From positions 208,816,001 through 208,880,000 of the forward strand of contig OZ024743.1 in NCBI GenBank assembly GCA_964016885.1: a DNA stretch of 64,000 bases. The letters run 5' to 3'. This DNA is from Eledone cirrhosa (lineage: Eukaryota). A program made the translations under genes and the position numbers. A model generated the notes under the pieces. The model did no database searches. It saw only the letters and a list, made by a program, of their open reading frames with translations, and was not told where the DNA came from. Below are positions 1 to 14,799 of the stretch, piece after piece (positions within the stretch are counted from its first letter, which is position 1; the number at the start of each line of letters is the position of its first letter).

Positions 1-3000
1 CACAGATGAAAGCTCTTCACTCCATAAGATATACCACAGTTTACCATCCTATGGCTAGAGATGAAAGCTCTTCACTCCATAGGATATACCACAGTTTACC
101 ATCCTATAGCCACACATGAGAGTTCTTCACTCCATAAGATATACCACAGTTTACCAGCCTATAGTCACACGTGAAAGCTCTTCACTCCATGAGATATACC
201 ACAGTTTAACATCCTATTGCCACAGATGAAAGCTCTTCACTCCATAAGATATACTAGAGTTTACCATCCTATAGCCAGATGAAAGCTCTTCACTCCATAC
301 GATATACCACAGTTTAACATCCTATAGCCACGCCACGGATGAAAGCGCTTCACTCCATAAGATATACCACAGTTTACCATCCTATAGCCACACATGAAAG
401 CTCTTCACTCCATAAGATATACCACAGTTTACCATCCTATAGCCACACATGAAAGCTCTTCACTCCATAAGATATACCACAGTTTACCATCCTATAGCCA
501 CAATAAAACTCTTCACTCCATAAGATATACCACAGTTTACCATCCTATAGACACACATGAGAGCTCTTCACTCCATAAGATATACCACAGTTTACCATCC
601 TATAGCCACATATGAAAGCTCTTCACTCCATAAGATATACCACAGTTTACCATCCTATAGCCACAGATGAAAGCTCTTCACTGCATAAGATATACCACAG
701 TTTACCATCCTATAGCCACACATGTGAGCTCTTCACTCCATAAGATATACCACAGTTTACCATCCTATAGCCACACATGAAAGCTCTTCACTCCATAAGA
801 TATACCACAGTTTACCATCCTATAGCCACAGATGAAAGCTCTTCACTCCATAAGATATAACACAGTTTACCATCCTATAGCCACACATGAAAGCTCTTCA
901 CTCCATAAGATATACCACAGTTTACCATCCTATAGCCACACATGAAAGCTCTTCACTCCATAAGATATACCACAGTTTACCATCCTATAGCCACAGATGA
1001 AAGCTCTTCACTCCATAAGATATACCACAGTTTACCATCCTATAGCCAGATGAAAGCTCTTCACTCCATAAGATATACCACAGTTTACCATCCTATAGCC
1101 ACGCATGAAAGCTCTTCACTCCATAAGATATACCACAGTTTACCATCCTATAGCCAGATGAAAGCTCTTCACTCCATAAGATATACCACAGTTTACCAGC
1201 CTATAGCCACGCCACGGATGAAAGCTCTTCACTCCATAAGATATACCAAAGTTTACCATCCTATAGCCACACATGAAAGCTCTTCACTCCATAAGATATA
1301 CCACAGTTTACCATCCTATAGCCACACATGAAAGCTCTTCACTCCATAAGATATACCACAGTTTACCATCCTATAGCCACAGATGAAAGCTCTTCACTCC
1401 ATAAGATATACCACATTTACCATCCTATAGACACACATGAGAGCTCTTCACTCCATAACATATACCACAGTTTACCATCCTATAGACACACATGAGAGCT
1501 CTTCACTCCATAAGATATACCACAGTTTACCATCCTATAGCCACACATGAAAGCTCTTCACTCCATAAGATATACCACAGTTTACCATCCTATAGCCACA
1601 GATGAAAGCTCTTCACTCCATAAGATATAACACAGTTTAACATCCTATAGCCAGATGAAAGCTTTTCACTCCATAAGATATACCACAGTTTACCATCCTA
1701 TAGCCACACATGAAAGATCTTCACTCCATAAGATATACCACAGTTCACCATCCTATAGCCACACATGAAAGCTCTTCACTCCATAAGATATACCACAGTT
1801 TACCATCCTATAGCCACAGATGAAAGCTCTTCACTCCATAAGATATACCACAGTTTACCATTCTATAGCCACAGATGAAAGCTCTTCACTCCATAAGATA
1901 TACCACAGTTTACCATCCTATGGCTAGAGATGAAAGCTCTTCACTCCATAGGATATACCACAGTTTACCATCCTATAGCCACACATGAGAGTTCTTCACT
2001 CCATAAGATATACCACAGTTTACCAGCCTATAGTCACACGTGAAAGCTCTTCACTCCATGAGATATACCACAGTTTAACATCCTATCGCCACAGATGAAA
2101 GCTCTTCACTCCATAAGATATACTAGAGTTTACCATCCTATAGCCAGATGAAAGCTCTTCACTCCATACGATATACCACAGTTTACCATCCTATAGCCAC
2201 GCCACGGATGAAAGCGCTTCACTCCATAAGATATACCACAGTTTACCATCCTATAGCCACACATGAAAGCTCTTCACTCCATAAGATATACCACAGTTTA
2301 CCATCCTATAGCCACACATGAAAGCTCTTCACTCCATAAGATATACCACAGTTTACCATCCTATAGCCACAATAAAACTCTTCACTCCATAAGATATACC
2401 ACAGTTTACCATCCTATAGACACACATGAGAGCTCTTCACTCCATAAGATATACCACAGTTTACCATCCTATAGCCACATATGAAAGCTCTTCACTCCAT
2501 AAGATATACCACAGTTTACCATCCTATAGCCACAGATGAAAGCTCTTCACTGCATAAGATATACCACAGTTTACCATCCTATAGCCACACATGTGAGCTC
2601 TTCACTCCATAAGATATACCACAGTTTACCATCCTATAGCCACACATGAAAGCTCTTCACTCCATAAGATATACCACAGTTTACCATCCTATAGCCACAG
2701 ATGAAAGCTCTTCACTCCATAAGATATAACACAGTTTACCATCCTATAGCCACACATGAAAGCTCTTCACTCCATAAGATATACCACAGTTTACCATCCT
2801 ATAGCCAGATGAAAGTTCTTCACTCCATAAGATATACCACAGTTTACCATCCTATAGCCACACATGAAAGCTCTTCACTCCATAAGATATACCACAGTTT
2901 ACCATCCTATAGCCACAGATGAAAGCTCTTCACTCCATAAGATATACCACAGTTTACCATCCTATAGCCAGATGAAAGCTCTTCACTCCATAAGATATAC

Positions 3001-3630
3001 CACAGTTTACCATCCTATAGCCACGCATGAAAGCTCTTCACTCCATAAGATATACCACAGTTTACCATCCTATAGCCAGATGAAAGCTCTTCACTCCATA
3101 AGATATACCACAGTTTACCATCCTACAGCCACAGATGAAAGCTCTTCACTCCATAAGATATACCACAGTTTACCAGCCTATAGCCACGCCACGGATGAAA
3201 GCTCTTCACTCCATAAGATATACCAAAGTTTACCATCCTATAGCCACACATGAAAGCTCTTCACTCCATAAGATATACCACAGTTTACCATCCTATAGCC
3301 ACACATGAAAGCTCTTCACTCCATAAGATATACCACAGTTTACCATCCTATAGCCACAGATGAAAGCTCTTCACTCCATAAGATATACCACATTTACCAT
3401 CCTATAGACACACATGAGAGCTCTTCACTCCATAACATATACCACAGTTTACCATCCTATAGACACACATGAGAGCTCTTCACTCCATAAGATATACCAC
3501 AGTTTACCATCCTATAGCCACACATGAAAGCTCTTCACTCCATAAGATATACCACAGTTTACCATCCTATAGCCACAGATGAAAGCTCTTCACTCCATAA
3601 GATATAACACAGTTTACCATCCTATAGCCA
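1..3630. repeat. Tandem segmental duplication within the array, period 1869 bp, rising to 1922 and 1977 bp through whole-monomer indels
   Basis: Paired rare markers at offset 1869: GGCTAGAG 53/1922, CAATAAAACT 501/2370, TGCATAAG 682/2551, ATGTGAG 722/2591. The ORF pair 942/2864 gives 1922. The 1-bp deletion CCACATTT at 1411/3388 gives 1977. Confidence 0.9.
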
Positions 3631-6099
3631 CACATGAGAGCTCTTCACTCCATAAGATATACCACAGATTACCATCCTATGGCCACAGATGAAAGCTCTT
3701 CACTCCATAAGATATACCACAGTTTACCATCCAATAGCCACAGATGAAAGTTCTTCACTCCATAAGATATACCACAGTTTACCATCCTATAGCCACAGAT
3801 GAAAGCTCTTCACTCCATAAGATATACCACAGTTTACCATCCTATGGCTAGAGATGAAAGCTCTTCACTCCATAGGATATACCACAGTTTACCATCCTAT
3901 AGCCACACATGAAAGCTCTTCACTCCATAAGTTATACCACAGTTTACCATCCTATAGCCACACATGAGAGTTCTTCACTCCATAAGATATACCACAGTTT
4001 ACAATCCTATAGTCACACGTGAAAGCTCTTCACTCCATCAGATATACCACAGTTTAACATCCTATCGCCACAGATGAAAGCTCTTCACTCCATAAGATAT
4101 ACCACAGTTTACCATCCTATAGCCACATGAAAGCTCTTCACTCCATAAGATATACCACAGTTTACCATCCTACAGCCACAGATGAAAGCTCTTCACTCCA
4201 TAAGATATACCACAGTTTACCATCCTATAGCCACGCCACGGATGAAAGCTCTTCACTCCATAAGATATACCACAGTTTACCATCCTATAGCCACACATGA
4301 AAGCTCTTCACTCCATAAGATATACCACAGTTTACCATCCTATGGCCACACATGAAAGCTCTTCACTCCATAAGATATACCACAGTTTACCATCCTATAG
4401 CCAGATGAAAGTTCTTCACTCCATAAGATATACCACAGTTTACCATCCTATAGCCACACATGAAAGCGCTTCACTCCATAAGATATACCACAGTTTACCA
4501 TCCTATAGCCACAGATGAAAGCTCTTCACTCCATAAGATATACCACAGTTTACCATCCTATAGCCAGATGAAAGCTCTTCACTCCATAAGATATACCACA
4601 GTATACCATCCTATAGCCACGCATGAAAGCTCTTCACTCCATAAGATATACCACAATTTACCATCCTATAGCCACACATGAAATCTCTTCACTCCATAAG
4701 ATATACCACAGTTTACCATCCTATAGCCACAGATGAAAGCTCTTCACTCCATAAGATATACCACAGTTTACGATCCTATAGCCACAGATGAAAGCTCTTC
4801 ACTCCATAACATATACCACAGTTTACCATCATATAGCCACACATGAGAGCTCTTCACTCCATAAGATATACCACAGCTTACCATCCTATAGCCACAGATG
4901 AAAGCTCTTCACTCCATAAGATATACCACAGTTTACCATCCTATAGCCAGATGAAAGCTCTTCACACCATAAGATATACCACAGTTTACCATCCTATAGC
5001 CACACATGAAAGATCTTCACTCCATAAGATATACCACAGTTCACCATCCTATAGCCACACATGAAAGCTCTTCACTCCATAAGATATACCACAGTTTACC
5101 ATCCTATAGCCACAGATGAAAACTCTTCACTCCATAAGATATACCACATTTTACCATCCTATGGCTACAGATGAAAGCTCTTCACTCCATAGGATATACC
5201 ACAGTTTACCATCCTATAGCCACACATTAAAGCTCTTCACTCCATAAGTTATACCACAGTTTACCATCCTATAACCACACATGAGAGTTCTTCACTCCAT
5301 AAGATATACCACAGTTTACCATCCTATAGTCACACGTGAAAGCTCTTCACTCCATGAGATATACCACAGTTTAACATCCTATCGCCACAGATGAAAGCTC
5401 TTCACTCCATAAGATATACCACAGTTTACCATCCTATAGCCAGATGAAAGCTCTTCACTCCATAAGATATACCACAGTTTACCATCCTACAGCCACAGAT
5501 GAAAGCTCTTCACTCCATAAGATATACCACAGTTTACCATCCTATAGCCACGCCACGGATGAAAGCTCTTCACTCCATAAGATATACCACATTTACCATC
5601 CTATAGACACACATGAGAGCTCTTCACTCCATAACATATACCACAGTTTACCATCCTATAGACACACATGAAAGCTCTTCACTCCATAAGATATACCACA
5701 GTTTACCATCCTATAGCCACACATGAAAGCTCTTCACTCTATAAGATATACCACAGTTTACCATCCTATAGCCACACATGAGAGCTCTTCACTCCATAAG
5801 ATATACCACAGTTTACCATCCTATAGCCACACATAAAAGCTCTTCACTCCATAAGATATACCACAGTTTCCAGTCCTATAGCCACAGATGAAAGCTCTTC
5901 ACTCCATAAGATATACCACAGTTTACCATCCTATAGCCACACATGAAAGCTCTTCACTCCATAAGATATACCACAGTTTACCATTCTATAGCCAGATGAA
6001 AGTTCTTCACTCCATAAGATATACCACAGTTTACCATTCTATAGCCACACATGAAAGCGCTTCACTCCATAAGATATACCACAGTTTACCATCCTATAG

Positions 6100-9000
6100 C
6101 CACAGATGAAAGCTCTTCACTCCATAAGATATACCACAGTTTACCATCCTATAGCCAGATGAAAGCTCTTCACACCATAAGATATACCACAGTTTACCAT
6201 CCTATAGCCACACATGAAAGATCTTCACTCCATAAGATATACCACAGTTCACCATCCTATAGCCACACATGAAAGCTCTTCACTCCATAAGATATACCAC
6301 AGTTTACCATCCAATAGCCACAGATGAAAGCTCTTCACTCCATAAGATATACCTCAGTTTACCATCCTATAGTCACACATGAAAGCTCTTCACTCCATAA
6401 GATATACCACAGTTTACCATCCTATGGCCACAGATGAAAGCACTTCACTCCATAAGATATACCACAGTTTATCATCCTATAGCCACACATGAAAGCTCTT
6501 CATTCCATAAGATATACCACAGTTTACCATCCTATAGCCACACATGAAAGCTCTTCACTCCATAAGATATACCACAGTTTACCATCCTATAGCCACACAT
6601 GAAAGCTCTTTACTCCATAAGATATACCACAGTTTACCATCGTATAGCCACAGATGAAAGCTCTTCACTCCATAGGATATACCACAGTTTACCATCCTAT
6701 GGCTAGAGATGAAAGCTCTTCACTCTATAGGATATACCACAGTTTACCATCCTATAGCCACACATGAAAGCTCTTCACTCCATAAGTTATACCAGAGTTT
6801 ACCATCCTATTGCCACACATGAGAGCTCTTCACTCCATGAGATATACCACAGTTTACCATCCTATAGCCACACATGAAGGCTCTTCACTCCATGAGATAT
6901 ACCACAGTTTAACATCCTATCGCCATAGATGAAAGCTCTTCACTCCATAAGATATACCACAGTTTACCATCCTATAGCCACAGATGAAAGCTCTTCACTC
7001 CATAAGATATACCACAGTTTACCATCCTATAGTCACACATGAAAGCTCTTCACTCCTTAAGATATACCACAGTCTGCCATCCTATAGCCAGATGAAAGCT
7101 CTCCACTCCATAAGATATACCACATTTTACCATCCTATAGCCACAGATGAAAGCTCTTCACTCCATAAGATATACCACAGTTTAACATCCTATAGCCACA
7201 GATGAAAGCTGTTCACTCCATAAGATATACCACAGTTTACCATCCTATAGCCACACATGAAAGCTCTTCACTCCATAAGATATGCCACAGTTTACCATCC
7301 TATAGCCACATATGAAAGCTCTTCACTCCATAGGATATACCACAGTTTACCATCCTATAGCCACACATGAAAGCTCTTCACTCCATAAGATATACCACAG
7401 TTTACCATCCTATAGCCACACATGAGAGCTCTTCACTCCATAAGATATACCACAGTTTACCATCCTATAGCCACACATGAAAGCTCTTCACTCCATAAGA
7501 TATACCACAGTTTCCAGTCCTATAGCCACAGATGAAAGCTCTTCACTCCATAAGATATACCACAGTTTACCATCCTATAGCCACACATGAAAGCTCTTCA
7601 CTCCATAAGATATACCACAGTTTACCATCCTATAGCCAGATGAAAGTTCTTCACTCCATAAGATATACCACAGTTTACCATCCTATAGCCACACATGAAA
7701 GCGCTTCACTCCATAAGATATACCACAGTTTACCATCCTATAGCCACAGATGAAAGCTCTTCACTCCATAAGATATACCACAGTATACCATCCTATAGCC
7801 ACGCATGAAAGCTCTTCACTCCATAAGATATACCACAGTTTACCATCCTATAGCCACACATGAAATCTCTTCACTCCATAAGATATACCACAGTTTACCA
7901 TCCTATAGCCACAGATGAAAGCTCTTCACTCCATAAGATATACCACAGTTTACGATCCTATAGCCACAGATGAAAGCTCTTCACTCCATAACATATACCA
8001 CAGTTTACCATCATATAGCCACACATGAGAGCTCTTCACTCCATAAGATATACCACAGCTTACCATCCTATAGCCACAGATGAAAGCTCTTCACTCCATA
8101 AGATATACCACAGTTTACCATCCTATAGCCAGATGAAAGCTCTTCACACCATAAGATATACCACAGTTTACCATCCTATAGCCACACATGAAAGATCTTC
8201 ACTCCATAAGATATACCACAGTTCACCATCCTATAGCCACACATGAAAGCTCTTCACTCCATAAGATATACCACAGTTTACCATCCAATAGCCACAGATG
8301 AAAGCTCTTCACTCCATAAGATATACCTCAGTTTACCATCCTATAGTCACACATGAAAGCTCTTCACTCCATAATATATACCACAGTTTACCATCCTATG
8401 GCCACAGATGAAAGCACTTCACTCCATAAGATATACCACAGTTTATCATCCTATAGCCACACATGAAAGCTCTTCATTCCATAAGATATACCACAGTTTA
8501 CCATCCTATAGCCACACATGAAAGCTCTTCACTCCATAAGATATACCACAGTTTACCATCCTATAGCCACACATGAAAGCTCTTTACTCCATAAGATATA
8601 CCACAGTTTACCATCGTATAGCCACAGATGAAAGCTCTTCACTCCATAGGATATACCACAGTTTACCATCCTATGGCTAGAGATGAAAGCTCTTCACTCT
8701 ATAGGATATACCACAGTTTACCATCCTATAGCCACACATGAGAGCTCTTCACTCCATGAGATATACCACAGTTTACCATCCTATAGCCACACATGAAGGC
8801 TCTTCACTCCATGAGATATACCACAGTTTAACATCCTATCGCCACAGATGAAAGCTCTTCACTCCATAAGATATACCACAGTTTACCATCCTATAGCCAC
8901 AGATGAAAGCTCTTCACTCCATAAGATATACCACAGTTTACCATCCTATACTCACACATGAAAGCTCTTCACTCCTTAAGATATACCACAGTCTGCCATC

Positions 9001-10050
9001 CTATAGCCAGATGAAAGCTCTCCACTCCATAAGATATACCACATTTTACCATCCTATAGCCACAGATGAAAGCTCTTCACTCCATAAGATATACCACAGT
9101 TTAACATCCTATAGCCACAGATGAAAGCTGTTCACTCCATAAGATATACCACAGTTTACCATCCTATAGCCACACATGAAAGCTCTTCACTCCATAAGAT
9201 ATACCACAGTTTACCATCCTATAGCCACATATGAAAGCTCTTCACTCCATAGGATATACCACAGTTTACCATCCTATAGCCACACATGAAAGCTCTTCAC
9301 TCCATAAGATATACCACAGTTTACCATCCTATAGCCACACATGAGAGCTCTTCACTCCATAAGATATACCACAGTTTACCATCCTATAGCCACACATGAA
9401 CGCTCTTCACTCCATAAGATATACCACAGTTTCCAGTCCTATAGCCACAGATGAAAGCTCTTCACTCCATAAGATATACCACAGTTTACCATCCTATAGC
9501 CACACATGAAAGCTCTTCACTCCATAAGATATACCACAGTTTACCATCCTATAGCCAGATGAAAGTTCTTCACTCCATAAGATATACCACAGTTTACCAT
9601 CCTATAGCCACACATGAAAGCGCTTCACTCCATAAGATATACCACAGTTTACCATCCTATAGCCACAGATGAAAGCTCTTCACTCCATAAGATATACCAC
9701 AGTTTACCATCCTATAGCCAGATGAAAGCTCTTCACTCCATAAGATATACCACAGTATACCATCCTATAGCCACGCATGAAAGCTCTTCACTCCATAAGA
9801 TATACCACAGTTTACCATCCTATAGCCACACATGAAATCTCTTCACTCCATAAGATATACCACAGTTTACCATCCTATAGCCACAGATGAAAGCTCTTCA
9901 CTCCATAAGATATACCACAGTTTACGATCCTATAGCCACAGATGAAAGCTCTTCACTCCATAAAATATACCACAGTTTACCATCATATAGCCACACATGA
10001 GAGCTCTTCACTCCATAAGATATACCACAGCTTACCATCCTATAGCCACA
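6100..10050. repeat. Tandem segmental duplication, period about 1919-1974 bp
   Basis: CACACC at 6171/8145 and GGCTAGAG at 6701/8675 (offset 1974). Near-identical ORF translations at 6984/8903 and 7532/9451 (offset 1919). The GTCTGCC and TTTCCAGTCC markers occur in the same order in both copies. Confidence 0.85.
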
Positions 10051-13000
10051 CATGAAAGCTCTTCACTCCATAAGATATACCACAGTTTACCATCCTATAG
10101 CCAGATGAAAGCTTTTCACTCTATAAGATATACCACAGTTTACAATCCTATAGCCACACATGAAAGATCTTCACTCCATAAGATATACCACAGTTCACCA
10201 TCCTATAGCCACACATGAAAGCTCTTCACTCCATAAGATATACCACAGTTTACCATCCTATAGCCACAGATGAAAGCTCTTCACTCCATAAGATATACCT
10301 CAGTTTACCATCCTATAGTCACACATGAAAGCTCTTCACTCCACAAGATATACCACAGTTTACCATCCTATGGCCACAGATGAAAGCACTTCACTCCATA
10401 AGATATACCACAGTTTACCATCCTATAGCCACACATGAAAGCTCTTCATTCCATAAGATATACCACAGTTTACCATCCTATAGCCACACATGAAAGCTCT
10501 TCACTCCATAAGATATACCACAGTTTACCATCCTATAGCCACACATGAAAGCTCTTCACTCCATAAGATATACCACAGTTTACCATCCTATGGCTAGAGA
10601 TGAAAGCTCTTTACTCTATAGGATATACCACAGTTTACCATCCTATAGCCACACATGAAAGCTCTTCACTCCATAAGATATACCACAGTTTACCATCCTA
10701 TAGCCAGATGAAAGTTCTTCACTCCATAAGATATACCACAGTTTACCATCCTATAGCCACACATGAAAGCTCTTCACTCCATATGATATACCACAGTTTA
10801 CCATCCTATAGCCACAGATGAAAGCTCTTCACTCCATAAGATATACCACAGTTTACCATCATATAGCCAGATGAAAGCTCTTCACTCGATAAGTTATACC
10901 ACAGTTTACCATCCTATAGCCACGCATGAAAGCTCTTCACTCCATAAGATATACCACAGTTTACGATCGTATAGCCACAGATGAAAGCTCTTAACTCCAT
11001 AACATATACCACAGTTTACCATCCTATAGCCACACATGAGAGCTCTTCACTCCATAAGATATACCACAGTCAACCATCCTATAGCCACACATGAAAGCTC
11101 TTCACTCCATAACATATACCACAGTTTACCATCCTATAGCCAGATGAAAGCTTTTCACTCCATAAGATATACCACAGTTTACGATCCTATAGCCACAGAT
11201 GAAAGCTCTTCACTCCATAACATATACCACAGTTTACCATCATATAGCCACACATGAGAGCTCTTCACTCCATAAGATATACCACAGCTTACCATCCTAT
11301 AGCCACAGATGAAAGCTCTTCACTCCATAAGATATACCACAGTTTACCATCCTATAGCCAGATGAAAGCTCTTCACACCATAAGATATACCACAGTTTAC
11401 CATCCTATAGCCACACATGAAAGATCTTCACTCCATAAGATATACCACAGTTCACCATCCTATAGCCACACATGAAAGCTCTTCACTCCATAAGATATAC
11501 CACAGTTTACCATCCAATAGCCACAGATGAAAGCTCTTCACTCCATAAGATATACCTCAGTTTACCATCCTATAGTCACACATGAAAGCTCTTCACTCCA
11601 TAATATATACCACAGTTTACCATCCTATGGCCACAGATGAAAGCACTTCACTCCATAAGATATACCACAGTTTATCATCCTATAGCCACACATGAAAGCT
11701 CTTCATTCCATAAGATATACCACAGTTTACCATCCTATAGCCACACATGAAAGCTCTTCACTCCATAAGATATACCACAGTTTACCATCCTATAGCCACA
11801 CATGAAAGCTCTTTACTCCATAAGATATACCACAGTTTACCATCGTATAGCCACAGATGAAAGCTCTTCACTCCATAGGATATACCACAGTTTACCATCC
11901 TATGGCTAGAGATGAAAGCTCTTCACTCTATAGGATATACCACAGTTTACCATCCTATAGCCACACATGAGAGCTCTTCACTCCATGAGATATACCACAG
12001 TTTACCATCCTATAGCCACACATGAAGGCTCTTCACTCCATGAGATATACCACAGTTTAACATCCTATCGCCACAGATGAAAGCTCTTCACTCCATAAGA
12101 TATACCACAGTTTACCATCCTATAGCCACAGATGAAAGCTCTTCACTCCATAAGATATACCACAGTTTACCATCCTATACTCACACATGAAAGCTCTTCA
12201 CTCCTTAAGATATACCACAGTCTGCCATCCTATAGCCAGATGAAAGCTCTCCACTCCATAAGATATACCACATTTTACCATCCTATAGCCACAGATGAAA
12301 GCTCTTCACTCCATAAGATATACCACAGTTTAACATCCTATAGCCACAGATGAAAGCTGTTCACTCCATAAGATATACCACAGTTTACCATCCTATAGCC
12401 ACACATGAAAGCTCTTCACTCCATAAGATATACCACAGTTTACCATCCTATAGCCACATATGAAAGCTCTTCACTCCATAGGATATACCACAGTTTACCA
12501 TCCTATAGCCACACATGAAAGCTCTTCACTCCATAAGATATACCACAGTTTACCATCCTATAGCCACACATGAGAGCTCTTCACTCCATAAGATATACCA
12601 CAGTTTACCATCCTATAGCCACACATGAACGCTCTTCACTCCATAAGATATACCACAGTTTCCAGTCCTATAGCCACAGATGAAAGCTCTTCACTCCATA
12701 AGATATACCACAGTTTACCATCCTATAGCCACACATGAAAGCTCTTCACTCCATAAGATATACCACAGTTTACCATCCTATAGCCAGATGAAAGTTCTTC
12801 ACTCCATAAGATATACCACAGTTTACCATCCTATAGCCACACATGAAAGCGCTTCACTCCATAAGATATACCACAGTTTACCATCCTATAGCCACAGATG
12901 AAAGCTCTTCACTCCATAAGATATACCACAGTTTACCATCCTATAGCCAGATGAAAGCTCTTCACTCCATAAGATATACCACAGTATACCATCCTATAGC

Positions 13001-14450
13001 CACGCATGAAAGCTCTTCACTCCATAAGATATACCACAGTTTACCATCCTATAGCCACACATGAAATCTCTTCACTCCATAAGATATACCACAGTTTACC
13101 ATCCTATAGCCACAGATGAAAGCTCTTCACTCCATAAGATATACCACAGTTTACGATCCTATAGCCACAGATGAAAGCTCTTCACTCCATAAAATATACC
13201 ACAGTTTACCATCATATAGCCACACATGAGAGCTCTTCACTCCATAAGATATACCACAGCTTACCATCCTATAGCCACACATGAAAGCTCTTCACTCCAT
13301 AAGATATACCACAGTTTACCATCCTATAGCCAGATGAAAGCTTTTCACTCTATAAGATATACCACAGTTTACAATCCTATAGCCACACATGAAAGATCTT
13401 CACTCCATAAGATATACCACAGTTCACCATCCTATAGCCACACATGAAAGCTCTTCACTCCATAAGATATACCACAGTTTACCATCCTATAGCCACAGAT
13501 GAAAGCTCTTCACTCCATAAGATATACCTCAGTTTACCATCCTATAGTCACACATGAAAGCTCTTCACTCCACAAGATATACCACAGTTTACCATCCTAT
13601 GGCCACAGATGAAAGCACTTCACTCCATAAGATATACCACAGTTTACCATCCTATAGCCACACATGAAAGCTCTTCATTCCATAAGATATACCACAGTTT
13701 ACCATCCTATAGCCACACATGAAAGCTCTTCACTCCATAAGATATACCACAGTTTACCATCCTATAGCCACACATGAAAGCTCTTCACTCCATAAGATAT
13801 ACCACAGTTTACCATCCTATGGCTAGAGATGAAAGCTCTTTACTCTATAGGATATACCACAGTTTACCATCCTATAGCCACACATGAAAGCTCTTCACTC
13901 CATAAGATATACCACAGTTTACCATCCTATAGCCAGATGAAAGTTCTTCACTCCATAAGATATACCACAGTTTACCATCCTATAGCCACACATGAAAGCT
14001 CTTCACTCCATATGATATACCACAGTTTACCATCCTATAGCCACAGATGAAAGCTCTTCACTCCATAAGATATACCACAGTTTACCATCCTATAGCCAGA
14101 TGAAAGCTCTTCACTCGATAAGTTATACCACAGTTTACCATCCTATAGCCACGCATGAAAGCTCTTCACTCCATAAGATATACCACAGTTTACCATTCTA
14201 TAGCCACAGATGAAAGCTCTTCACTCCATAAGATATACCACAGTTTACGATCGTATAGCCACAGATGAAAGCTCTTAACTCCATAACATATACCACAGTT
14301 TACCATCCTATAGCCACACATGAGAGCTCTTCACTCCATAAGATATACCACAGTCAACCATCCTATAGCCACACATGAAAGCTCTTCACTCCATAACATA
14401 TACCACAGTTTACCATCCTATAGCCAGATGAAAGCTTTTCACTCCATAAG
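7930..14450. repeat. Near-identical tandem duplication, period 3229 bp, junction at about 11154-11182
   Basis: Identical ORF translations at constant offset 3229: 8025/11254, 8903/12132, 9451/12680, 9614/12843, 9997/13226, 10600/13829. The offset is 3284 (+55) for 11036/14320. Confidence 0.93.
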
Positions 14451-14799
14451 ATATACCACAGTTTACCATCCTATAGCCACACATGAAAGATCTTCACTCC
14501 ATAAGATATACCACAGTTCACCATCCTATAGCCACACATGAAAGCTCTTCACTCCATAAGATATACCACAGTTTTCCATCCTATAGCCACAGATGAAAGC
14601 TCTTCACTCCATAAGATATACCACAGTTTATCATCCTATAGTCACACATGAAAGCTCTTCACTCCATAAGATATACCACAGTTTACCATCCTATGGCCAC
14701 AGATGAAAGCTCTTCACTCCATAAGATATACCACAGTTTACCATCCTATAGACACACATGAAAGCTCTTCACTCCATAAGATATACCACAGTTTACCAT

